From: Guillardia theta CCMP2712
Lineage: Eukaryota; Protista; Cryptophyta
Length of the DNA stretch: 64,000 bases
NCBI RefSeq assembly: GCF_000315625.1
Contig: NW_005434479.1
Span: 19,599 to 83,598, forward strand
Direction of reading: 5' to 3'
The notes below the pieces were generated by a model that made no database searches, was not told where the DNA came from, and was given only the letters and a program-made list of their open reading frames with translations. Made by a program: the position numbers and the translations under genes. Of the stretch, positions 1-12,355 are shown piece after piece (position 1 is the first letter of the stretch; every line of letters begins with the position of its first letter).

Positions 1-1192
1 ACGGATACGTTGCTCTGCATCCTAACGCGCCGCCTGAAGCCAAGGACAGGGTGCAATCGATGTTTCCGGTGTTTCTGCTCCGATCCCATCCTCTTGTGTA
101 TGACGATGGAGCAGCCGTTGACAAGTGGGGACAGTCCTCCCATGGAAATCAAGAAATTCGAAGTCAGCCCTCACATCCTACCTACATCCTACTTCCCCGT
201 TGACTTTATGTCAGGATGCTTCCAAGCTCCCCGACTGGCAGGGCTTGTGCTTGTGCTTCACCGAGCAGCCGGTGAGCATCAGCGAAATGACGTAGCCGAG
301 GGATGATAAGAACTGCAGGGGCCCGATGGAGCTCCCAACGACAAGTTCAGGAAGCTGCATCTCTCTCTTACCAAGCACAACAAGTTCGCCTACGTCATCG
401 CAAACACTGTCTGCCAACTGCTCCTGCTCTCTCTCATCTTACCCTGCCATCCAGCAAGGAGCTCCGCGAATCTTCGCGTTGACCCCCGACGGCAACCCCA
501 AGGTCTGCAGCTCACGCATTCCCCCCCCTCCCCCCCCTGACTGCTGCTGCTGCAACAGAACGCGAACTCGACGGACTGGAAACTATTCGGCATCATTGTT
601 CAGGTTCATTTCCTCGCTTCCTCTGCACTGAGGTCGCTAATGCTCTTCTCGACCATCAGAGGCGTCAAGCTCAGCCTGGTCAGCCAGGGGTAAAGGTCTT
701 CCTCCGAGGATACTGCAGGACCTGATGTCGCTCCCAGCAGCAGCCCGGGCAGCCGCAAACTCACCAGCAGCCTCCTCAGGGTCAGCAAGCCATGGCGCAG
801 GCTCAGGTTTCATGCCCCTTATCCTCCTTCCTGCCCTCATCCTCTGCGTCAGCGGCAGTATCCTGGAGGAGCAGCCGGCAACCCTGGGGTGATGCCGGCG
901 CACATGCAAGGTGAGCAGGGAAGGGAACGGAAGAGAAGAGCTGAGACGCTTCCAGGGAGACAACCTGTGCAGCAGGGGAGGCCAGGGTCCGTGCCCATGG
1001 CGCCAGGTATGAGCTGGGGACGCTGAGGTGACGGAGTGACGCGTGTGCTCAGGCGTAGCGCAACATCAGCCCTACATGAGTAAGTGGAGGGGGGCGCCGA
1101 CGCCCTCGGAGGCTGGAGGAATTGGAGCTAATGTTGGTTTTGCGTCAGATATGCCAGGGCGAGGTGGAGCACAGCGACCCAAGGGGAGGTAG
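1..1192 (+). CDS. 3' part of a multi-exon gene; possible MED25 ACID/SPOC-like domain followed by a Q/P/G/M-rich tail
   Basis: Manual GT-AG splicing gives ...QSMFP|PLTSGDSPPMEIKKFE|DASKLPDWQGLCLCFTEQP|GPDGAPNDKFRKLHLSLTKHNKFAYVIANT|QGAPRIFALTPDGNPK|NANSTDWKLFGIIVQ|... and then low-complexity exons (GGAAGNPGVMPAHMQ, MPGRGGAQRPKGR*). The family call is by pattern resemblance only. Confidence 0.35.
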
Positions 1193-1924
1193 TGACAGGA
1201 AGGCATGCCTGAGCGGAGTGCAGCTGCTGAGTAGGAGGCTGAGACGGTACGGGTAGAACTTCGGAACAAGCCCGAGTCCCGGACTGGAGTCCCGGCGGAC
1301 TCCGGCGGGCCGGGAGGCTCCCGGACCGTACGACTCACTGCCGCTGGCCCGGAACCGTCTTAGTAAAGTACTATAGTAGACTGTCGGTCACTGTGACGCC
1401 CCGAGTCTGCTCATTCATGCATGAACTTAGCCGGGCCTTACTGCACTTAGCCTTCCCGGCCCTGACCCGGAGCGGCAGCACTGCGGCAGCCTTCAAGGCT
1501 TACTCGCCTGAATTCACTGCCGGCCTCCGGGCCGTCGCCGCCGCCGCCCAGCCCATAGCGCTATGCGGTCACGGAAGTTGCTACTAGCCAGCTACTAGCG
1601 CCTAGTCGCTGCGGCCGGGCGGGCCCGATAACGTCTTAAACCGTCTGCGAGGTCAACGCAAAAGTACTTGGCTGATGAATTTTGAAAATAAACGACATGG
1701 ATCGTATTTTCTTTGGTAATATTTCAAAACTCTAGAAACAAATCTGCAAATTTTGTTTATGTAAAAGTGCCAACTCCAAAGGGCAGTGCGCGAAGAGCCA
1801 TCAGATCAAAATGACCCTACCGCCGGGATTGGTAACATACTACCCCCTACCCCCAATAAAAAATGGCATTACCCATCTCATATGGGGTGATCATACTACC
1901 CCTTACCCTCTAGGGCTACCGACA

Positions 1925-3407
1925 ATGGCTGGATCAGTACGAGGGCCTTTGGGGATGGCGGCGGCGACGCTGGCAATGCTGATGGCAGGAGCCGCCCTGA
2001 CTGCTCTTGTTGCACATTCGGTAAGAACGTGAGAAGAAGAGTGCGTGAAGATGCGAAAGAGGATTGAGGACATGGAGGATTCCGCCAAAGGAAATGGAGG
2101 GTCTGAAAGAAATTTGAGTGCAATGCAACTTGGATTGCATGTAGCTTGAGCATGTTGTGTAGCAAGATATAGTCGTGTTTTTGATTGCTGAATGGATGAA
2201 CAGAACATGTGTTGTTGTATTGTGAAGAACATCTCTTGTTGTCCTTGGACGTATCTCCTGTTTGCTTGTGGAATGAGGATTTCCAACCAAACCTAGGACT
2301 CACATTGTGCTGTTCCCATCTCATGGTGTTCTTACCTCGATTTCATAATTGTAAATGGTCGTCGCATGATCCTTCCTTGTGATCTTAGTTGAATTCTTTG
2401 TGATGTTTGCAATTTTCTTCTGCCACACTGTTGAACAACTGTGTCTCTCGCATAGCTTGTCTCATACACTTGTTTTATAAATGTCCTCCTGACTGAAATA
2501 TTAGTGGTCGATGATGTAGAACATGTCTTCTGTGCCAAATGCATTTTTCCTGTGCATTTCTGACCTCACAACTCTGGCAGCAATACAATTCCAGTGGCGT
2601 TAGGACCGAGCTTGCATCGATGAACAGGAGACAGCGCTTCACAATGTTGGACCATTTGGATGCAGGAGAGAGCGCCGATGGAGAGTATGAGGATCAGACT
2701 GGAGACGGATATGAGTGCTGCTGGCATGCTCCTAACCCAAAGCTTGCAAGGTATTCCTGATTCTCCTCTCTACTCCTGTCCTCTTCATCCCAAATGCTTT
2801 CCCACACAACTTTAGGGTCGTCCTATAGCTCAACTTGCTCGTCTGCATATGCTGCTACGATGACCCTGTTGCCCTCACTACTCTAACTTGAACCTCGTGC
2901 AGCACCACTGTCGCTTCCAAGGTTGGACCCAACGGATGGGGCTCCAAGGCAGATGCTGATGGTTCTGTCGACCACTACACCAACGCTCTCGGAGATGTGA
3001 GGATTGTTGATCCTGTCTTCTTCCTCCTCCCTCTCACTTCTTGTCTTGCTATGTTGCATGCTGTACATTTGCAACTGCGGCACCTGTCTGTTTGCCAATG
3101 ATGTTTGTCGTTCACCTTCAACAGCTTACTTCGCTCGATCACAATTCCAGTATCATTGTTTGTCTTTCTCTGTTGTGTTTTCTTTCCTTGTTGCTTGTAC
3201 ACTTTGTTTTACATCCACTCCTTGTTGGTCCCTGTGATCGTGGTCGAAGAAGATTTCCATGCTCTCATCATGTACTTACTTGACTCTGCCAAGGTCCCCG
3301 AGTGGGTCTTCAAGGGCACTGCCGATCATCAGTGGAAGGACTACGACTCGGTGTACGGGCAGCAGTGGTATGAGAACACTTATCCCTCCGGCGAGTCAGG
3401 CATTTAA
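1925..3407 (+). CDS. Small 4-exon protein with an N-terminal hydrophobic signal/anchor, unknown function
   Basis: Exons 1925-2020, 2581-2750, 2903-2996 and 3294-3407 join in consistent phase through GT-AG sites: MAGSVRGPLGMAAATLAMLMAGAALTALVAHS|QYNSSGVRTELASMNRRQRFTMLDHLD...|STTVASKVGPNGWG...|VPEWVFKG...ESGI*. Confidence 0.65.
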
Positions 3408-3783
3408 AGCTGCTCTATTTCCTGAGCGTGTGCAAGTAAAGACTTGAAAACTCATGGCGGCTGTGGACTAGGAATCAATGCGGACGAGTGTGTTGTCCTG
3501 GGATCGGCAATAATGTCATGCTGACTTGACATCTGCTTACTTCATCGTCAACTGAGTCACACATCAACTTGTATCTCATCACCATGATCGTCATCGTCAT
3601 CGTCCGTCCTTCTTCCGTCCCCGTCCCTCTCCCATGCTCATGGTTCCGACACTCACTCCATCACCCTACCCCCTGGTATACTTTGAATACCCTCACCCCC
3701 TGAACAACAGGAAAATAACCCCTCCTCAGAGAATCTTTTGACTGACCCTACCCCTCATCATCCAATTCCCGCCAAGGGCGATC

Positions 3784-5205
3784 ATGGCGGGATCGCTTCG
3801 TACCCGCATAGCAAGCTCAGGAGGAGCCGCGTCGCCGTCCTCCACTGCAGGGTCAACCTCCTCCTCCTCCTTTCGGTCTTCAAACACCACCAGTTCTCTC
3901 CCATCATGCTCTTCTTCCTCTACCCCTTCGCCCTCCTCCTCGTCTCAAAGTAAGCCACGAGCTTCGCATCCATACTCCAATCGATCGGATCATTGCCGAT
4001 CGGAAACCAACAGCACACACTATGCTTATCAATCGAAATCTTGCAAGTCATGCACAGCGTCCTCTTCAACTTCGTCATCATCAGTATCATCTTCCTCTTC
4101 CCCTGTCCCCTCTGAGATAATCTACTCTCCCGCCTCTCCATTCAAGATAAGCTCCTCTCCTCCGTTTTCAGTGCCTTCTCCAGATGATTCTCGATACTCT
4201 CTATCATCGGGCCAGAGTCTTCGAGCCCCTCTGGATGTCTCGCATGCTCGCAAAAATCGATTCAGCATTGCAAGGAAGTCGAAACGAGGCAGCAGTTTGA
4301 CAACCATGGTGAAGGAGGAGACGCCTTGGATCAAGACATGTGGGGATCCCTGGTGGATAGAGCTGATAGGAGGCAAGGGAGGTAAATCAGGAGAATGTTT
4401 TGAGAATAAGTTTGACAGCAAGGAGCAAGGGAGGAGAGTAACGTTTGATCCGAGCCATGCGAGGAAAGAAGAAGGGGGTGATTGCTGGACAAAGAGCAGG
4501 AATTTCTTTGGGAAGCGCAGATCAGCTATGATTTTCTCGAATTTGGAGAGAATGCTAGAGGAGGCAGAGGAGGTCCTTGATCCTCCTCGCGTGCAGCTGA
4601 AGGAAGCATCGCCGCGTGAAGGCGACGGGCACTGTAGAATGATCGACTGGGTTCTGGAAGCTGAGGAGGGGAAGGAGACGGAAAGAGAAAACGCAGAAGA
4701 TGAAAATTTAGAGAGTGTCTGCGATAACAAGAGCGTCCAATCACCGTCTGAAAGCTCAGAGCAACCGTCTTCTTCGCACAGTCAAGACATCCTTGGTGAT
4801 CAGCAAGCAGGTGGGTTGGTTTGATTCCATTGGAGCGTCCATTGACTTCCCAACAGCTAGACGGGTCGAGGATGATGAAGAGAAACTCAAGACTTCACTG
4901 AGCAACGCCATTGACATCTGCCTGCAGCAGTGCAGGGCAATCATGGAGCTCCAGGTGGTGGAAGAGAAACAGTTCTCCTGCTCCCTCACATCCTCTTGCA
5001 GAGTGCGAACCAGCGACTGGTGGCTGGATGGAACATGGCGAGAGAGCAACTGATAACGGAACGGGAGAGGAACTCGAGCTTGCAAGCACTTCTGACCGAG
5101 AAAGACGAAGAGATCGCTCTCTGGAGAAAGATAGTAGAACAACTTGATGGCAGACTAGCAAGCATGGAGAAACATGACCCAAATCGTTCGTTCGATGAAC
5201 AATAG
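3784..5205 (+). CDS. Ser-rich disordered protein with C-terminal coiled coil (3 exons), unknown function
   Basis: The 346-aa ORF at 3784 is linked by two ~45-nt GT-AG introns (~4811-4856, ~4955-5000) to helical exons (ARRVEDDEEKLKTSL...; SANQRLVAGWNMAREQLITERERNSSLQALL...). Confidence 0.6.
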
Positions 5206-5463
5206 TTTGTTTGTGTATGACTACAACCTAGACAAGAGTAACTGATCAATTCGTTTCCCAGTAAGGGAGAATCTATGAAAGGTGCATGAGAACCGAAGGA
5301 TCTCGGCAAGATTGCATGTAACATGTTTCATATACAAGAACCAGATTGAAGAGATCCAAGCTTCAGCTGAATCACTGACATAGATATCATTAAAGAGATC
5401 TCGCAGAGCATTGAATGAATAAAAATGTTTAATTGAAACAGGTACAACAGAAAAAATAATGAT

Positions 5464-5895
5464 CTAGATGCTGTTCTTGCGTTTGGAAATCGCAGAGCTC
5501 AGATTGTTGAGAAGGAGGTTGGGAGGTCCAGAGCAATTCACTTTCAGAGAGACCTTGGACATGAGCTGCTCAACCTGATCAACAGGGTCGTTGGGAATCT
5601 CGATTATGTCGATGAGCTCCTGATGGCGATGCGGGATGTCCTCCTCCTCCTCCTCCTCGCTGGACTGAAACTCCTCATCCTCGTCGAACTTGCGCTTCTT
5701 GGAGGCCTTGGCTTGGAGGAGACATTCAAGATTCTTGTGATCGCCGTAAATTTCACGGGTGTCCTCGTTGGAGGACGAGTCTGTGCCGCTGAAGAAGACA
5801 GCAGCAGCAATCTGCTCGTCCTCAAAGGAATGGAGATCATCGAGGGTCTCGTCACGATCAATACAATCGCACGAGAGGTTGTCAAACGCACTCAT
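5464..5895 (-). CDS. Intronless small acidic protein (143 aa) with basic NLS-like patches
   Basis: ATG-initiated ORF with coherent codon usage, KKRK and KRK patches, and a TATATA box about 100 nt upstream (5993-5999, minus strand). Confidence 0.55.
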   Translation of the reverse strand: MSAFDNLSCDCIDRDETLDDLHSFEDEQIAAAVFFSGTDSSSNEDTREIYGDHKNLECLLQAKASKKRKFDEDEEFQSSEEEEEEDIPHRHQELIDIIEIPNDPVDQVEQLMSKVSLKVNCSGPPNLLLNNLSSAISKRKNSI

Positions 5896-7231
5896 CTTGC
5901 TTGCAAGTAGACTATGGGTAAGGGATGGGAGAGCACGAGTGTGTGAGGGAAAGATGGAAGAAGATTCTGCTGTTAAGGGTTGTTTGAGCTAGATATATAG
6001 ACACGGGGGGAGGCGCTAGAATACCAGGGGTGGTGACACTGCCTTTGCCCTCGTACCCTACTATTTCCTCCTCGTGCTTTTAGTACCGGTTCATTTCTAT
6101 GCGAATTGTTCTTTATGCGTAGGGTAGTTGAAAGACATTTGGTGTGATGGAAAGGCAGTTGTGCAGTTGATGGGGTAGTGGGGGTGCCAGGGTAGTATTA
6201 CGAGGGTGGTATCTGTGGGGTGCGCTCGACTCGAGCGAGCAATTGCATTGTTCCTTCTTGGGAGGGGGTAGGGTGATGAGGGAGGGCGTAGGGGTAGGTA
6301 GTCATTTTATTGATTACCCCTACAATATCGGTGAACTATGGGGGTATTTGACTCATTTGTTGGAACAGGAGGGTGTGAGGAATGGTGTTGAAGATCGATA
6401 CCTGGGGTGGGTAGTTGGGGTTGAAGCGTGAGCAGCGATGAGCTCTCCAGGGCTCCGAGCGGATTGAGACCACGGGTACCACAATCTGGTACAGATTGGG
6501 GTGGTGGTGGTCTTAAATATACCAGGGGTATCATAATATTTACACGACCTGGCATGAGCCATGTCTTCTATATGATTTGTTGGGATTGTGTACCCCTCCT
6601 TTGATAACACTTTCCTCTTTAAGCTCTGGTTAGCCCTCCCATGCCGTGACTGATTTGAATCGTCACGGAAAGTTTGGGCAAGGACTCTTACCCACCCCTC
6701 CATAACCAGATTCTAGAGGTACCAAGGAGGATCTCTGTAATCACCAGGGTCTATTTCGAAGAGTTGCATGTTTGGGACATGAAAATAGGGGTCGACACGG
6801 GGTACAGTGTTGAAACGTTGCTAAAGAGGTATATTTCGATTTGACCATCAAGGTCTGATGGTATCTCTTTACGAAACGAGATGTTTTCATATCAAGAGAT
6901 CACGTATCGGCACTGGGCTCCGGGATACCCTCTTCGCTCGGAGCACGGTTTCATAAAAGTCCGCCCCAGATATTACACTTGGGCAGAGAAGACAGAAACT
7001 AAACCGTATAGTTCTGTCTTTTGTAGTCTCGGGCTCGCCTCCGGTCAGTGCAAACGAAAGGTAAATCTATTAGAAGACAACCTGCCTCAGAGGACATATA
7101 GAACGTTTGATAAGACAGCAATTTTCTTGAGGATATGATGAGGGGAGTTCGGCGAAGACAGCCCAGTAGCTCTTGCGATGCGGAACTCACCAAGCTAGAC
7201 GCCTACTGAGGTCCTGGGGTTGATGTGGGGG

Positions 7232-7286
7232 GAGAGGTTGAGCAAGTTAGAGAGGTTGAGTAAGTCAGAGAGGTTGAGCAAGTCAG
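7232..7286. repeat. 18-bp tandem repeat x3 (GAGAGGTTGAG(C/T)AAGT(C/T)A)
   Basis: Seen directly in the sequence. Confidence 0.8.
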
Positions 7287-7329
7287 TTGGAGCGGCGCCG
7301 ATCGGGGATCTCGAAGACAGAGGGTCATC

Positions 7330-7700
7330 GATGAGCTTGTGAGGTACTGCGGTCATTTCGGAGAACAAGAGGGCGAGTTTGTACAACATGTGAATAAACG
7401 ATGATGTCTAGCAGTTGAACATGAATTCTGCTGAATGCATGTGAAGTTTGGGGAACGTGAGACGAGGTTGTCATATAGCGCGAAACAATTGTATCGATGA
7501 CTTGTGTTTTACTTGAGTCCAATACGAACAAGTGCCAGTGGCCATGTTCGAAATGGATTCATGCGGGGATTCAGTACAGAAGACTCATGGCATCTTGGTC
7601 TTCTTGGAATGAAGAGTGTATCAGGATTCTTGAGAGCGAGTGAGCCCATGGCGACAGGAAGAACATTCATTCAATGATAAGCATCATTGCAGAGCTTGCA
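7330..7700 (-). pseudogene. Degenerate Ulp1-like (C48) cysteine protease remnant, possibly transposon-derived
   Basis: Minus-strand pieces in shifting frames read NDAY..., HFEHGHWHLFVLD (catalytic His motif H-W-x-L-x-V-x-D) and IQQN...NC, in the order expected for C48, broken by stops and frameshifts. Confidence 0.35.
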
Positions 7701-7809
7701 CTGAAGGGCAGTCTCAGCATGATTCATGTGAGGAAATCACATATCCGAGAATGTCCCCTCCTACTCTCTCCTGCTCTTCACACGGGTTGCATTCCTGACT
7801 GGCAGCGCG

Positions 7810-10800
7810 TCAAACTCGCCTGTACTGGATGAGAAACTCCGGGTAGGCCTGTCGGCGATCGTAAACGACAAACTCTCGATGCCACTGCAGGAAGGACCCT
7901 GGGTGGGTCTCCCTTGTCAGAGCTATAACGGAGTCGAAGAGCCGGGAGTCAGAGCCAGCAGGAGGTCGCCGTTGGTTGGTCATCTTCGCCGTCGTCTCGT
8001 AGGGCGACCCCAAGGCTGCACGCACCAGGAACATGCAGCACAAGCCGTCAGCGTCAGGCGTGCAGTACTCGTCGCTCTTGCTCGAGTTCTCTGCTAGGTA
8101 GACTCCTGCTCCCAAGTGCCCCGACAGCTTCGAGACGCGCTCATCGAGCCCGTAGCCCGAGGAGAGGATCACGTCAGTCACTTCGTGCTGCGTGCCATGG
8201 AAGAGGAAGACCTCGTTGCTCAGCTGGTCTCCCAGCAGCTCCTCCCTCATCCAGTCCCTCCAAGTGCTCACTGCACTCGTCGGGTGCTGCTTCCCCTGCT
8301 CCATCATCGAGTTGCCGATGCTCTTGCGCTGCAGCGCGTACGCCGACCACAGGTTCTTGTCCTCGACCCGGAAGACGCGGTCCACCAGGAACCCCTTGTG
8401 TGTGCAGCCTCGGTTGTTCCTGCCGCGCCCGATGCACTGCTGCTTGCAGGTCGAGGTCATGAGCTCTTGTATCTTCTCCCTCCACTCCCGCGTCACGTCC
8501 ACCTTGGTGCTCGTGTGCTGCAGACTCTCTACACTGACGTGCTGCCAGTACAGGGGAGGGTCGAGGACCGCGCGGTGGTTGCCGAGCAGCAGCTTCTTTG
8601 ACGTCAGGGTCTTGCGCTCCTGCTCTAGGTCTGCCTCTCCTCTCCTTAACACCTTGAGATCCTCCAGTACTTGCTCCTGCTGGGCGTTCACCTGGGCCTC
8701 CAGCTCGTCGAGCTCCTTCCTTGCCTTTTGCAGCTGCTCTCTCCGTCTCTTGTCGTCGGCCTCGAGCTCTTTTCCTCTCTCCAGCATCTCCTTGCGCTGC
8801 AGAAGCAGCTGCCTCTCATCCGTGCGCAAGCTTTCCCTCCTTGCGGTGACACACCTCTCCTGCTCCCTGAGCTTCTCCTGCCGTACCAGCAGCTCCGCGC
8901 ACATTCGCTCATGCTCCTCGTGCTTCTGCTTCTGCTGCTTCTCGAACTGCTCCATCTCTCGGATCGTGGAGCGATAGAAGTAGGGATGCGTCAGCGCCTC
9001 CGCAGAGGATGGTCGTTGCTGAGGATCACTAGACTGCAGCCTGCCGATGAGGTCGATGGCCTCTTGGTTTCCACCTGCGAGCACGAGGCTGCTGCTGTCT
9101 TGCTCGACGTCCTGACTTGTCTCGGCGAGGACTTCAGTCATGACGATGCCGTACGCGTACATGTCCGACTTGTGCGAGGCTCGTCGCTCCTCGGTCGTAG
9201 GGAGCAGCAGCTCAGGCGCGAGGTACTGGAGGGTCCCGACCACATGAGTCGCCGTTACTGTCGCCACCAGGTCCCTCGCGCGGTCCTCCTGCTCCTTGGA
9301 GACGTCGAAGTCAGCGATCTTGGGCTCGGCGTGCTCGTCCACAGAGGACATGAGGATGTTGTCAGGCTTGATGTCGCCATGGATGATCCGGTTCTGCCGG
9401 AGATGCTCCAACCCTTGCAGCACTTGCATCAGCACCCTCTGCCTGTGGATCCTACCCGGCCTGACTCGCTTCATCCAGCTGCTCAGACTCCCTCCGAGGA
9501 GGAAGGGCATCTTGAGGTATCCTTTGACCTCCCTGGGGCCATGCTCTCTGTGCTCTTCAGTGAAGGCGCTGCACAAGGTCATGAGGTAGGGATGCTTCAG
9601 GCGACGGAGGATGCTCGCTTCCTTGAGGAAGTGCCGTCGGTCCCTCGGGTCCTCGGAGAGGCTGAACTCTTTGATCACAAACTCCTCCTCCTCCTGCCTC
9701 ACGTGCAGCACGTTGTGTCGCGCCCCTCGCTGCCCCGCCATGGACAACCGGCTGATGAGCTCGAACATGTCCATCCTCTCGTGCCCTCCCACGTCGACGT
9801 CCAACGATCCTCTCACTTGGCTCGAGTACTCCGGGTAGTGGAGGAAGAGCTTCCACAGCACCTGCTCCAACTGCTCGAGCTCTCGTGCCGTAGCCACTTT
9901 GTCCCTCCTCAGAGCCTTGAGCTTCTCCTCGATCTCTTGGCAGTCCAGCTCCTTCCGCTGGTTCACGCGCAGCATGAGCAAGAGCTCGGAGTGCTTATCG
10001 TTGAGATCCTCCAGCCTTTCCTGGAGGTCATCGCAGGTTTCAAGGATGGGTTGAGGATCCTGCAAGCTCCGAAGCTGCGCCAAGTTGGCCTGCACCGCCT
10101 GCACGTCTGTGATGTGGTCGAGGCAGTAGAGCCTGCCGTTGATCCATGACAGCGCGTAAGGCAGCAACGACCAGATCCTCTCATAGGGGAACCGCTGGAT
10201 CAGGCACGAGTCAGTGAAGACCTCCTCCTCGCACAGGAAGGCTTTTTCCAGCTCCAGGTGGTCCTCAACGATCGCCTTGTGCAGCTTGCTGGCCTCCTTC
10301 AAGCTGCGCAAAGAACCCTCGCCCTGCAGCATGCGGCCGAGCTCGAAGAAGCAACCGGCATATCGGTCCGCGATGCTCCTCCTCTCTTTCTTGCAGGACG
10401 CCAGTCTTTGACTGACCATGTCAAGCCACTGCGACACCCTTGTTGCCGCCTCGCTTAGTTGTGATCGAAACTCCTCTGTCGTAGGAGGGCTGGTAGCAGG
10501 AGCATCGTCCTGCTGCTGCCCGCACTCCAACAGCGTCTCGATCTTTCTGGCAGACTCTTGGAGAGCCTGCTTGTACTCGACCAGGAGCGAGGAAAAGCTT
10601 GAAGGGTCGAGGGGGTCGAGCATCTCTATCAGGCTTCTGCTTTCTTGCATGAGCGTCCTCCGAACCTCTTCGCGATACATTATCGCTCCTGTCAACTCTT
10701 CTGACCTGTCAGCCTTCCCTTGCAGCCTTCTTCGCTTCCCTCCGCTACCAACCGCACCGGCCCAGCTGTCGTCAGCGAGCTTCCTCACAACCGCTTGCTG

Positions 10801-11164
10801 ACTGTCGAGTAGATCTTGCAGGCTTTTCACTTGCGACCAGGCGAACTGAACCTCATCGTGCGCAACATGACTTGGCTGGTCCAGCAGAGCCATCAAGGAT
10901 AGCAGCAAGTTGTGTCCTCTCACTGCCTTGGACAACTTGCGACTATCAAAGTTGTTGGTCAACTCTCTCAGCGCCTCTCTCTCTCCATCCTCCTTCTTCC
11001 TCTCCATCGCTGCTTGCTGACGCACTGCAAGGCGCAGCACAGCCTGTAGAGAGAACACTTGTTCTGGCTCATGTTGAAGATTCTCTTTCTGTGCTGAACG
11101 AGTTCGATGCGGTGCTTGCACCTCTTGTTCTTCTGACTTGCGCTGACGACAAAGCTGTGCGAGT
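7810..11164 (-). CDS. Helical N-terminus + protein kinase + coiled coil + PARP catalytic (ART) domain fusion; large terminal exon, with small upstream exons likely to ~11.7 kb
   Basis: 1103-aa ORF. Kinase (~9770-8970): VIK lysine, alphaC E (FLKEASIL), HGDIKPDN, DFD, GTLQYLAPE, SDMYAYG. PARP (~8550-7810): NEVFLFHGT, GAGVYLAENSSKSDEYC, EFVVYDRRQAYPEFLIQY. Confidence 0.9.
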
Positions 11165-11792
11165 CTGCATCAAATCAGAGTCAAGGGGTGTGGGAGAAGC
11201 GCCGGGCTGATCTCAAGTGTGACACAAACATGATGACCTCACTCACTCTCTCAGGTCTCACGCCCTGCTTGCCTCCCCATCATCTTCTGGTTGTGATCGG
11301 AAAACCGTCGCTCGGTCAGCTTCTACTCTAATCTTGCAACACGATGATTGTCGTATCCTCTATCTCTGCTTACATTTGCCTTGGATTAAGCTTGGCGTTG
11401 CTGTTTCCAAGAGACTGATTAATCAGACTGTCTCGTCAAGGAGAACGTTCAGAAGTTTTTCAATGCTCTTGTCAGTGCATACCCATCTGTACCATCTGTG
11501 CTTGATGTTCTAGCCGGGATCTTTCCAACCTGAAGCAGCAGAAGAAGCAAGTCAAAGGTCACAAGTCTATGGCCGTTCTGTCACCTTGGTTTTCTTCTGA
11601 GGCTACAGTGAGGGCATGACATTACGTCAGTTTGTGTTTGACATTGCATGTGAACCTCTCACGCGCAACTTGAAGGAATCCGAATCCACTTCGTCTCCGA
11701 GCTTGTCAAAGTCAAGGTCAATCTCTCCCTGCGAACATTGTTATGATCAACATGGTCGTTAGCATCGTCATCTCCATCTTTGTCATCTTTTC

Positions 11793-11862
11793 CATCATCA
11801 CCACCATCACCACCATCACCACCACCACCACCACCACCACCACCACCACCACCACCACCACC

Positions 11863-11896
<34 letters not shown>

Positions 11897-11906
11897 TCAT
11901 CATCAT
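11793..11906. repeat. (CAC)n/(CAT)n microsatellite abutting an assembly gap
   Basis: Seen directly; followed by the N run 11907-12122. Confidence 0.95.
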
Positions 11907-12355
11907 NNNNNNNNNNNNNNNNNNNNNNNNNNNNNNNNNNNNNNNNNNNNNNNNNNNNNNNNNNNNNNNNNNNNNNNNNNNNNNNNNNNNNNNNNNNNNN
12001 NNNNNNNNNNNNNNNNNNNNNNNNNNNNNNNNNNNNNNNNNNNNNNNNNNNNNNNNNNNNNNNNNNNNNNNNNNNNNNNNNNNNNNNNNNNNNNNNNNNN
12101 NNNNNNNNNNNNNNNNNNNNNNTCTTGAATGTCGGATCGGAAGCCGCCGAGCGGCCTTGGCTTCAAGTCACGGTTTCGGAAGGCCCGCCGGGCAGCCTGT
12201 TTCCGGGCCGCGGCGGATCCGATCAGGGCACTGGCGCGGCGGCACTGAGACTCTGAGAGTCACGGGTGACGGCAAGGAGTTGAGTAAACGGCAAATAAGA
12301 CTCTCACATTAGCACCCCATGGGCTACACCTGTCTCTGCCCCCCGGCGGCCTCAT

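Noticed and set aside
8671-10149. 492-aa plus-strand ORF and other long antisense ORFs
   Set aside because: Shadow frames of the GC-rich kinase-PARP coding strand; Leu/His-rich with no motifs
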